32,000 nt of DNA from Erysipelotrichaceae bacterium OH741_COT-311 (GTDB lineage Bacteria > Bacillota_I > Bacilli_A > Erysipelotrichales > Erysipelotrichaceae): positions 60,001 through 92,000 of the forward strand of contig RQZE01000006.1 of assembly GCA_003858585.1 (NCBI GenBank). Direction: 5' to 3'. Under the pieces are notes generated by a model. That model was not told where the DNA came from and made no database searches. It saw only the letters and a program-made list of their open reading frames with translations. A program made the position numbers and the translations under genes. This document shows positions 18,735 to 26,270 of the stretch, piece by piece. How positions within the stretch are numbered: position 1 is the stretch's first letter; every line of letters begins with the position of its first letter.

Positions 18735-20061
18735 ATTTAATTAAAGGAAAGGTTACTTTAAAGTGTGATCCTTCCTTTGGTTTGGAATGTAGCTCAATAT
18801 TAGCATTGTGTATATCGACAATAGATTTAACTAAAGCTAAACCTAAACCACTTCCCAGTTTACTATCTTTGTTTCTTGCATCATCAATTTGATAGAAACG
18901 ATTCCAGATTTTCTTTTGGTGTTCTTCACTAATGCCCATTCCATTATCTATAATGCTTAAGGAACACGTATGGTGTTCTTTTTTTACTTCAATGGAAATG
19001 GTATTGTTTGTAAATTTTAGAGCATTACTGAATAAATTATCGACTAAGCGATGCATAAGAGTCGCATCGGCTAAAATGATACAGTTTTTATCAATATCAG
19101 TTGTTAGAGTAATGTGTTTGCTTGAGCATAGTTTTTGATAGTCGTTGGTGTGCTCTACAAGGAAAGTTGAGAAATCAAAAGGGGCTAGTTTACTACTTTG
19201 ATGGTGTTTCTGTTTGGCTAATTCCATGATTTGATCAATCATTTCTTTCATTTGAAGGGCTTTTTTGTTAATGATCGCAAAGGATTCTTGGGCTTCTTGT
19301 AAGTTTTCTGCATAGTTTTTTCCATATTCGCTTTCAGAAAGAATAACAGCAACAGGTGTTCTTAATTCATGAGAAACATCATTATTGAATTGCTTTTCTC
19401 TTTGAAAGGTTTGTTCAATCGATTCCAACATTAAATTAAAGGTATTGGCTAGACGAAACAGTTCGTTATTGTTGGCTTTTACGGTAATACGTTTGGAATA
19501 GTCGTTGCTTTCTTTGATTTCTAAAGCGGTATTGGTGATATGATCTACAGGAGAAATAGCTTTTTTTAATATACGATATCCTCCTACAACAATAATGACC
19601 AATAAAAGAGGTCCGATAATGGTGATGGCAGTGATAAATAATGACATATCTACTTCATTGTTTTTGATAGTCATAACAGAACGTAGATAACGTTGTTCAT
19701 CAATCGGTAAATCGTAGTAAAGATATTTTACACTTCCACTGATGTATTGTTCGACGGTACTATTTGTAAAAGGTAGGGTATCATCAAATCCTAAAGGGAT
19801 GTTGTTGACTAATACTTCATGGGATTGACTTCCATAGATGGAAAAGTAAATGCCATCTTCTCCATTGTCTAAATCATGCAGTTCATGGATGGCTTCATAG
19901 CTGGCTTGTACCAGCTCATTTCGACTTTGATTTGAAAATAAAACATCCGAAAGTAATAAAGAAGCGACAATCATTAAGATAATAATAACCACAATAAAAA
20001 AACTATACCAAAAGGTTACCTTAAAGATGATACTTCCTTTTTTACTTCGTTCGTATGACAT
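18733..20061 (-). CDS. Sensor histidine kinase (two TM helices, ~110-aa extracytoplasmic loop, HAMP, HisKA, HATPase_c)
   Basis: H-box VSHELRTPV, N box and G boxes (IIDNGMGI, GSGLGLALV). Overlaps the upstream response regulator by 20 nt. Confidence 0.9.
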   Translation of the reverse strand: MSYERSKKGSIIFKVTFWYSFFIVVIIILMIVASLLLSDVLFSNQSRNELVQASYEAIHELHDLDNGEDGIYFSIYGSQSHEVLVNNIPLGFDDTLPFTNSTVEQYISGSVKYLYYDLPIDEQRYLRSVMTIKNNEVDMSLFITAITIIGPLLLVIIVVGGYRILKKAISPVDHITNTALEIKESNDYSKRITVKANNNELFRLANTFNLMLESIEQTFQREKQFNNDVSHELRTPVAVILSESEYGKNYAENLQEAQESFAIINKKALQMKEMIDQIMELAKQKHHQSSKLAPFDFSTFLVEHTNDYQKLCSSKHITLTTDIDKNCIILADATLMHRLVDNLFSNALKFTNNTISIEVKKEHHTCSLSIIDNGMGISEEHQKKIWNRFYQIDDARNKDSKLGSGLGLALVKSIVDIHNANIELHSKPKEGSHFKVTFPLIK

Positions 20062-20716
20062 AGCCTACCCCTCGTTTGGTTTGAATGATAGAAGGTTTAT
20101 CTTCTAAATCAAGCTTGCGTCTAATATTTTTTATAATAACTTCAATAATATTGGATTCTCCCTCATAATCAAAGTCCCAGACATGTTGACGAATTTGTTC
20201 TTTGTCTTTAATGTGATTTACATTACGGACAAGATACTCGAACACTTCATATTCTTTCGCTGTAAGATCAACAATTTCCTGTTTCTTGAACACACTTTTT
20301 GTTGAAAAATCAATTGTGATGTGTTGAATGGTTACTACATTGGTTGTGTGACTACGATTTAAGCGGCGTAGCAATGCACGAATACGAGCTAAAAGCTCTT
20401 GAAATTCAAAGGGTTTTACGAGGTAGTCATCCGCTCCTAAGTCTAGTCCTTTAATTTTGTCTTCAAGAGAATCTTTCGCTGTCAGCATTAATACCGGAAT
20501 GGTAAAGTTTCGTTTTCTCATGTGTTCAATGAAGGTATAGCCATTCATATTTGGCATCATAATATCTAAGATAATCACATCGTATTCACTGTAGTCTAAG
20601 TAATCAAGGGCTTCTTGTCCGTCAAAGGCAGAATCTACACTGAAGTTATTTTTCTTTAATAGTTTTGTGATGCTTCGGTTTAAATCTTTTTCATCTTCTA
20701 CTAATAGTATTTTCAA
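20042..20716 (-). CDS. OmpR/PhoB-family response regulator
   Basis: Receiver domain (LLVEDE...DIMMP...LTAK) plus a winged-helix C-terminus (RGVGY). I prefer TTG 20716 (MKILLVEDE, 5 nt after the AGGTGA SD). The ORF-track GTG 20725 lies inside that SD. Confidence 0.9.
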   Translation of the reverse strand: MKILLVEDEKDLNRSITKLLKKNNFSVDSAFDGQEALDYLDYSEYDVIILDIMMPNMNGYTFIEHMRKRNFTIPVLMLTAKDSLEDKIKGLDLGADDYLVKPFEFQELLARIRALLRRLNRSHTTNVVTIQHITIDFSTKSVFKKQEIVDLTAKEYEVFEYLVRNVNHIKDKEQIRQHVWDFDYEGESNIIEVIIKNIRRKLDLEDKPSIIQTKRGVGYVIRTK

Positions 20717-20750
20717 ATTTATCACCTATCTCTATTATACTGTATCATAG

Positions 20751-20783
20751 AAAAAATAACTCAGAATCTGAAGACTCTGAGTT
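20751..20783 (-). terminator. Rho-independent terminator after the PepSY gene
   Basis: aactcaga (20758-20765) / tctgagtt (20776-20783), followed on the minus strand by ATTTTTT. Confidence 0.7.
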
Positions 20784-20800
20784 AAAATATAGTAAATGAA

Positions 20801-21541
20801 TTAGTCATCGTAACGATCATCATCGTCCCATTGATCATCCCAGTCATCGTAACGATCATCGTAGTCTACTTCAAAGCGATCATCGTCGTAGTAATCACCG
20901 TATTGATCATCTACATCATAATGATCATCGTCAATGTGGTTTTGAATTATAGCACCAGTATGGGCATCAATTTTTACATCTTTTTTCACGTTATTTTCGA
21001 TTACATCAACATCATATACTAATACACCGTGTTCATAATCTAAATCCATACTTGTGATTCTTGCATTATTAAAGTTATTTGTAATGACTGCTTTTGCTTG
21101 TTCCCAAGTTAACTGTGTTGCAGCTGGTGCAGGTTGACTTGGTTGTGCTGGTTGAGGTTTTACTTGAGGCTTTGTTGGCTGTGTTGGCTTTACCGGTTGT
21201 TGCGGTTTTACAGTAGGTTGATTTGGTTTAACAAATTTTGTTTCTTGCTCATTCTTTAGGATTGCCCCTGTGTTAGCATCAATGTCAAATTCAAATTCTG
21301 TGTTTCCGTTAATTACTTTTACTTCGTATTTTGCTACATTGTGTTCATATTCAAATTCTACTCTTACAACTTTACCGCCATTTGCTTGTTTTAAGGCAAT
21401 GTTTGAAGCATCTTGTGCCGTTAGGGTAGTTGTAATTTGTGTTGGATACGTTGAGTTTGTTTTATGTGCATAGATTGTTGAACCTGCTAGTACTGCTACG
21501 GCTGCTGTGGCGATAACGCCAGATAGAATAAATTTTTTCAT
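20801..21541 (-). CDS. Secreted tandem-PepSY domain protein with a Pro/Gln/Lys linker and a poly-Asp/aromatic C-terminal tail
   Basis: ATG 21541 lies 7 nt after AAGGAG, whereas the ORF-track TTG 21565 would include the SD. It has a signal peptide (MKKFILSGVIATAAVAVLAGSTIYA). Two PepSY-like blocks are present (DASNIALKQANGGKVVRVEFEYEHNVAKYEVKV / TWEQAKAVITNNFNNARITSMDLDYEHGVLVYDVDV). Linker KPNQPTVKPQQPVKPTQPTKPQVKPQPAQPSQP. Tail DDDHYDVDDQYGDYYDDDRFEVDYDDRYDDWDDQWDDDDRYDD. Confidence 0.8.
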   Translation of the reverse strand: MKKFILSGVIATAAVAVLAGSTIYAHKTNSTYPTQITTTLTAQDASNIALKQANGGKVVRVEFEYEHNVAKYEVKVINGNTEFEFDIDANTGAILKNEQETKFVKPNQPTVKPQQPVKPTQPTKPQVKPQPAQPSQPAPAATQLTWEQAKAVITNNFNNARITSMDLDYEHGVLVYDVDVIENNVKKDVKIDAHTGAIIQNHIDDDHYDVDDQYGDYYDDDRFEVDYDDRYDDWDDQWDDDDRYDD

Positions 21542-21596
21542 ATTTGGATTCTCCTTTTCTTTCAAATATTTATTTGTGTCTTTAGATTAACATTGC

Positions 21597-21616
21597 TAAA
21601 TGAATGTTAAATGAAT
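21597..21616 (+). promoter_or_regulatory. Direct-repeat pair TAAATGAAT-N2-TAAATGAAT (11-bp phasing), candidate response-regulator box
   Basis: Exact copies at 21597-21605 and 21608-21616 in the pepSY/mgtE divergent intergenic region. Confidence 0.45.
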
Positions 21617-21679
21617 CGACATTGATTTATTGCAAGGAATTTTTTCTTCTCTTCCTTTGCAACTATATCTTAGAATAGT

Positions 21680-21699
21680 TAAATGAATAGAAAATGAAT
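21680..21699 (+). promoter_or_regulatory. Second direct-repeat pair TAAATGAAT-N2-AAAATGAAT (11-bp phasing)
   Basis: Copies at 21680-21688 and 21691-21699, in the same orientation as the first pair. They lie ~55 nt upstream of an extended -10 TGtTAAAAT (21755-21763), which has only a weak -35. Confidence 0.45.
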
Positions 21700-21787
21700 T
21701 GTAAAAATTTTTAACCATTCTTGATGTATTCTGTTTCTTTCACACTTATTTCTATGTTAAAATTTTTATGATATTTAGGAGGTAGCT

Positions 21788-23161
21788 ATGGATAACGATG
21801 TAAAAGAATTTGAAGAAAAAGAGATAGAACATGAAAAGGCTTTAGAAGTAGCTATCGAGAAGCAAGACAATGAGAAATTAAAAGATATTGTCGAACAGAT
21901 GCATCCGATTGATATTGCTATTGCACTAGAGGATAGTGATGATGAAGATTTAACCTATATTTATAGCAAATTAAATGATGAGCAGATTGCGGAAATCATT
22001 GAGCAAGCGGATGAAGAATTACAAATTAAGATGATTACATTACTGGAAGCATCAAGAGCAATGGGTGTCTTTGAGTATATGTCTAAAGATGACATTGTCG
22101 ATATTTTAGGAATTTTACCGCTGAACAAACGTAAAGAATTGATTAACTTAATGAGAAGTGGCGATAAGAAAATTATTCAAGAGCTTTTGGGTTATGATGA
22201 ACGTACTGCTGGTGGAATTATGACAACCGAGTATGTAGCTGTTTCAGATTCTTTGACGATTCAGCAGACAATTAGTAAGATTAAAGAATTGGCATTAAAA
22301 ACAGAAGTTATTGATACTATTTTTGTAGTAAATCATAAAAAGGAATTAATCGGCAGTGTTGATTTACGTGATATTTTGGTTGCTCCTTATCAAGAGTCAT
22401 TACAACATATCATGAATGAGAATATTATTTCCGTTACACCGGAAACAGATCAAGAGAAAGTGTCGCTTTTAGTATCGAAGTATGACCTACGTGTTATTCC
22501 GGTTGTAAACAAGCGTAATTCTTTGCTGGGAATTATTACGGTAGATGATATTATTGACGTTATCGTGGAAGAATATCAAGAAGATATGTCTCATTTAGCT
22601 GGGACAAGTGTAGAAGAAACGATTTATTCTCCGATAAAGGATTCGATTAAGATGCGTTTGCCTTGGTTAATGGTTAATCTAGTTACTGCGTTTTTGGCTT
22701 CTTTTACGGTTTCGATGTTTGAAGGTACCATTGATAAGGTAACAGCCTTAGCTGCAGCGATGCCCATTGTTGCAGGTATGGGTGGAAATGCCGGTTCTCA
22801 AGAGTTATCAATTATTGTAAGAAGCATTGCTTTAGGAGAAGCCAGTTTGCAAGAGAATTGGACGTTAATCTTTAAAAAAGCTCTGTTGGGGATTATTAAT
22901 GGAGCAATTATAGGATTATTTGCCGGAATTATTCTTTATTTTATGTATGGTAATATCTACTTGGGCTTTATTATTTTCGCATCTATGATTGCCAATTTGG
23001 TGATTGCCGGTGTGGTTGGGGTACTGGTTCCGTTAACGCTTAAGGCATTTAAAGTGGATCCGGCATTAGCAAGTGCCGTATTTGTAACAACGGCGACAGA
23101 TGTTTTGGGATTCTTTATTTTTCTTGGGTTAGCAACCTTGATTATTCATCGTTTGGTATAA
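21788..23161 (+). CDS. mgtE: Magnesium transporter MgtE
   Basis: MgtE N-domain (HPIDIAIALED), tandem CBS pair and a C-terminal 5-TM domain with the GNAGSQ motif. AGGAGG RBS. Confidence 0.93.
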   Translation: MDNDVKEFEEKEIEHEKALEVAIEKQDNEKLKDIVEQMHPIDIAIALEDSDDEDLTYIYSKLNDEQIAEIIEQADEELQIKMITLLEASRAMGVFEYMSKDDIVDILGILPLNKRKELINLMRSGDKKIIQELLGYDERTAGGIMTTEYVAVSDSLTIQQTISKIKELALKTEVIDTIFVVNHKKELIGSVDLRDILVAPYQESLQHIMNENIISVTPETDQEKVSLLVSKYDLRVIPVVNKRNSLLGIITVDDIIDVIVEEYQEDMSHLAGTSVEETIYSPIKDSIKMRLPWLMVNLVTAFLASFTVSMFEGTIDKVTALAAAMPIVAGMGGNAGSQELSIIVRSIALGEASLQENWTLIFKKALLGIINGAIIGLFAGIILYFMYGNIYLGFIIFASMIANLVIAGVVGVLVPLTLKAFKVDPALASAVFVTTATDVLGFFIFLGLATLIIHRLV

Positions 23162-23167
23162 AAATAA

Positions 23168-23197
23168 AAGTGCTAGAGGGGAGCTAGCACTTTTTTT
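23168..23197 (+). terminator. Rho-independent terminator after mgtE
   Basis: aagtgctag (23168-23176) / ctagcactt (23184-23192), 7-nt loop, T7 run. Confidence 0.85.
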
Positions 23198-23599
23198 GTC
23201 GACATTTAAGTAATGTTAGGATTTATTATTAGATATTTATTATTAGGGAAGGGATAGAGGGGGATATCTAATAAAGAATTCTAGGAGTTCGAAAATGCAT
23301 TTACCATTATAACCTAGCTTACATTTGACCATATAATTTCTTGTGTTTTTCACTTTATGGTCGACTTACCCTAACAATGTACATAAAGTAAAAACGTAAA
23401 ATTATCGGTAGCATTTTGATGTCTTATTTTAGCCAACATATCATTCTTCTGTTGGTAATTTTATTGTAACATTGAATTCTTAAAAAAATGGTGACTATTG
23501 TGTCATATAAGAAAAATTTTCTAAAAAATAGGTGTACTTATCTTTTTTTCTTGAAGTATATAATTCTTCATTTGTCAACTCTAATGCTTATAATAATGG

Positions 23600-23628
23600 T
23601 TGACACTGATATGTAGCTGTGCTATTGT
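23600..23628 (+). promoter_or_regulatory. Sigma-A-type promoter for the feo operon
   Basis: TTGACA (23600-23605), 17-nt spacer, TATTGT (23623-23628). Confidence 0.6.
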
Positions 23629-23635
23629 TATTTAA

Positions 23636-23653
23636 GTTAGATGATACTAACAG
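23636..23653 (+). promoter_or_regulatory. Motif GTTAGA-N4-ACTAACAG (contains the 5-bp inverted repeat GTTAG/CTAAC), copy 1, abutting the feoA SD
   Basis: gttagatgatactaacag begins ~8 nt after the -10 and runs into AGGAG. Confidence 0.5.
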
Positions 23654-23662
23654 GAGATGAAG

Positions 23663-23872
23663 ATGCCACTTACATTTGCAAATTTTAATTCCGAACTTTT
23701 GGTGAAAAAAGTAATTGGTAAAGAAAAACAACAAAGATTATTGGAGTCTTTAGGTTTTGTTGCAGGTGAAAAAGTAGTTGTACTTAGTGAAAGTGGAGGA
23801 AATCTCATTGTTTTAATCAAAGGATCACGAATTGCGATTGATAAAACACTGGCAAGTCGTATTATTGTTTAG
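23663..23872 (+). CDS. feoA: FeoA family protein (copy 1)
   Basis: Small SH3-like FeoA pattern (LESLGFVAGEKVVVL...IAIDKTLASRIIV). I prefer ATG 23663, which lies 6 nt after AGGAG. The ORF-track ATG 23657 abuts the SD. Confidence 0.85.
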   Translation: MPLTFANFNSELLVKKVIGKEKQQRLLESLGFVAGEKVVVLSESGGNLIVLIKGSRIAIDKTLASRIIV

Positions 23873-23881
23873 GAGAGATGT

Positions 23882-24100
23882 ATGACATTAAAAGAGATTG
23901 GTGTAAATCACACATGTATTGTTAGTAAAGTCGTTGGTGATAAGGCGATTAAAAAGCGTTTAATGGATATGGGGATCATTAAAGGTGTAAGTATTAAGGT
24001 AGTTAAAATTGCACCTCTTGGGGATCCGATACAAATTGAATTAAAGGGTTATGAATTGACAATCCGAAAAGAAGAAGCCGACAAAATTATTGTTGGTTAA
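23882..24100 (+). CDS. feoA: FeoA family protein (copy 2)
   Basis: RLMDMGIIKGVSIKVVKIAPLGDPIQIELKGYELTIRKEEADKIIV, a canonical FeoA. AGGAG RBS. Confidence 0.9.
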   Translation: MTLKEIGVNHTCIVSKVVGDKAIKKRLMDMGIIKGVSIKVVKIAPLGDPIQIELKGYELTIRKEEADKIIVG

Positions 24101-24115
24101 TATTTTAAGCTAAAT

Positions 24116-24133
24116 GTTAGAGTTTACTAACAG
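24116..24133 (+). promoter_or_regulatory. Motif GTTAGA-N4-ACTAACAG, copy 2, upstream of the feoB SD
   Basis: gttagagtttactaacag. It is identical to copy 1 at 14 of 18 positions, differing only in the 4-nt spacer. Confidence 0.5.
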
Positions 24134-24149
24134 ACAAAGGGGTAAAGAG

Positions 24150-26270
24150 ATGAAAACAATAGCTTTAGTAGGAAATCCAAATAGTGGGAAGACCACATTG
24201 TTTAATGAATTAACAGGGGCAACACATACGGTTGGGAATTGGCCTGGAGTAACGGTTGAAAAGAAACAGGGACATTTACGTGGAAATAAACATATAACAA
24301 TTGTAGATTTACCGGGAATTTATTCGCTTTCACCTTACACATTGGAAGAAGTGATTACACGTGAGTTTTTAACAGAAGGGAATCCGGATGTTATTTTAAA
24401 TATTGTAGATGCCTCAAACTTAGAACGTAATTTATATTTAACGACACAATTACTAGAAATTGGAAAACCGGTGATTGTGGCATTAAATATGATTGATGTT
24501 GTTAAGAAGAATCATGATGTGATTGATGTGTTCAAACTTAGTCAAATATTGAACTGTCCAATCATTGAATTAAGTGCAACAAAGGGTATTGGATTAAAGG
24601 AATTGATTGTAACGTTAAAAGAAGAGGTTTCTGTTCCTTCTTATATCACTTTTAATTCAACAATTGAAGAAGCCTTAAGTGCAATCGGCTATTCTCGTTA
24701 TAATGCGATTAAACTCTTAGAGCAAGATGAAAAAATCGTAAAACAAATGCATTTGACGCAAGAAGAAGAACAAAAGATTCAAGTCGTGGTTTCTAAATTA
24801 GAAGAACAATTGGATGATGATGCAGCGAGTATTATTACGGCAAATCGTTATCAAGTAATTTCTGAAATTTTGAAGGATTCTTATCGAAAAAATCGTAAAG
24901 GTTTGTCTTTGACTGATAAAATTGATAAGGTGGTTACCAATAAATGGCTTGGATTGCCTATCTTCTTTGCGATCTTTTGGTTAATGTATTATTTGTCAAT
25001 TTCGACGATTGGAGATATGTTTATCGGCCATGTGGAAGAAATTGGTGGTGTCATACAAGAGTTTGTAAATAATGGATTGGTATCTTTGGGTGCCGGTGAA
25101 GTTATGATTGATTTTGTGGTCAATGGTATTATTGGTAGTATTGTTCCTATCTTTACTTTTGTGCCTCAATTAATGATTATGTTTTTCTTTTTAGCATTAT
25201 TGGAAGATAGTGGGTATATGGCGCGTATTGCCTTTATCATGGACCGTGTTTTTTCTAAATTTGGATTAAGTGGGAAGTCATTTATTCCAATGTTGCTTGG
25301 GACAGGTTGTTCTGTTCCGGGTATTATGGCTACTCGTACGATTGAGCAAGAAAACGATCGTAAAATGACGATTTTGCTTACGCCATTTATACCTTGTGGT
25401 GCGAAACTTCCGGTTTTTGCAATGATTATTGTTATGATGTTTAATGGTGCAGCTTGGATTGGTCCGACGATTTATTTAATCGGCTTTGCCGGAGTTGTTA
25501 TTTCAGGTATTGTCTTAAAGAGAACAAAGCGCTTTAAGGGCGATCCTGCACCGTTTATTATGGAGTTACCGGATTATAAATTACCTCGCTTTAAGGGTGT
25601 TGTGATTCATATGTGGGATAAAGCAAAACACTTTATCATAAAAGCCGGTACCGTTATTTTCTTAGCTTGTGCAGTTCTTTGGGTATTACAAAATTTTGCA
25701 TTCCCATTTACCTATGTAGGTCCAGAAGCGATTGATCAAAGTATTTTGGCTACCATTGGAAATGGTTTGCGCTGGATTTTTGTTCCTCTTGGATTTGGAG
25801 ATTCTTGGGGTAGTTCGGTAGCAACGATTACAGGTTTAATTGCAAAAGAGGTTGTCGTTGCGACACTTGCTTCTATCGGCAATAACACAGATATTTATTT
25901 TTCTCAAGTTTCGGCGTTTTCATTTATGGTCTTCACTATTTTTGCAGCACCATGTGTGGCTGCTATTGGGGCAATGAAGCGTGAACTTGGAAGTATGAAA
26001 GAAACATTGTGGGCTTTAGGGTTTCAAACAGGTTTGGCTTATGTAATGGCATTGCTTGTCAATGTGGTTGGAAATTTAATCTTTAAAGGAACACAAGTGG
26101 TAGAAAAAGTGAAATTAGATCCAACCATGTTGGAATCTGCAAGTGAAGAAGCAATTATTCAAGGTGATATTGTTATGATTGTCTTTGGAATTTTATTAGG
26201 AATTGCATTGTTGTATATGATTGTTGAGTTTATCAAGAAGTTTGTTATGAAAAAGGCTGTGGTGAAGTAA
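24150..26270 (+). CDS. feoB: Ferrous iron transport protein B
   Basis: The N-terminal G-domain MKTIALVGNPNSGKTTLFN is followed by a polytopic permease domain. ATG 24150 follows AAAGGGG. The ORF-track start 24114 adds a 12-aa extension covering the motif and the RBS. Confidence 0.93.
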   Translation: MKTIALVGNPNSGKTTLFNELTGATHTVGNWPGVTVEKKQGHLRGNKHITIVDLPGIYSLSPYTLEEVITREFLTEGNPDVILNIVDASNLERNLYLTTQLLEIGKPVIVALNMIDVVKKNHDVIDVFKLSQILNCPIIELSATKGIGLKELIVTLKEEVSVPSYITFNSTIEEALSAIGYSRYNAIKLLEQDEKIVKQMHLTQEEEQKIQVVVSKLEEQLDDDAASIITANRYQVISEILKDSYRKNRKGLSLTDKIDKVVTNKWLGLPIFFAIFWLMYYLSISTIGDMFIGHVEEIGGVIQEFVNNGLVSLGAGEVMIDFVVNGIIGSIVPIFTFVPQLMIMFFFLALLEDSGYMARIAFIMDRVFSKFGLSGKSFIPMLLGTGCSVPGIMATRTIEQENDRKMTILLTPFIPCGAKLPVFAMIIVMMFNGAAWIGPTIYLIGFAGVVISGIVLKRTKRFKGDPAPFIMELPDYKLPRFKGVVIHMWDKAKHFIIKAGTVIFLACAVLWVLQNFAFPFTYVGPEAIDQSILATIGNGLRWIFVPLGFGDSWGSSVATITGLIAKEVVVATLASIGNNTDIYFSQVSAFSFMVFTIFAAPCVAAIGAMKRELGSMKETLWALGFQTGLAYVMALLVNVVGNLIFKGTQVVEKVKLDPTMLESASEEAIIQGDIVMIVFGILLGIALLYMIVEFIKKFVMKKAVVK

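Noticed and set aside
7486-21473. Numerous 60-100 aa ORFs antisense to or overlapping yvcK, whiA, DUF2156, the lipoprotein gene, gap, glmU, prs, the HK and the PepSY gene (e.g. 7486..7734, 8302..8487, 9434..9721, 11541..11852, 13441..13683, 16504..16695, 18932..19138, 21270..21473)
   Set aside because: Each lies fully inside a well-supported gene on the other strand or frame, and none has an SD or a recognisable motif.
21566-21787. M-box or other riboswitch upstream of mgtE
   Set aside because: I looked for the conserved G-rich M-box cores and for terminator/antiterminator pairs and found none. The absence is reported as a finding rather than as a feature.
23287-23293. GTTCGAA, resembling a tRNA T-loop, in the mgtE-feo spacer
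   Set aside because: The flanking bases do not form a T-stem and no acceptor or anticodon arms can be drawn. It is not a tRNA.
23585-23599. Possible Fur box (tgcttataataatgg) overlapping the feo -35
   Set aside because: It matches only about 9 of 14 specified positions of the 7-1-7 consensus TGATAATNATTATCA, and AT-rich sequence gives such matches easily.
24114-24149. ORF-track feoB start at 24114 (MLEFTNRQRGKE...)
   Set aside because: The extension covers the repeated motif and the AAAGGGG SD. The canonical FeoB N-terminus MKTIALVGNPNSGKT begins at ATG 24150.
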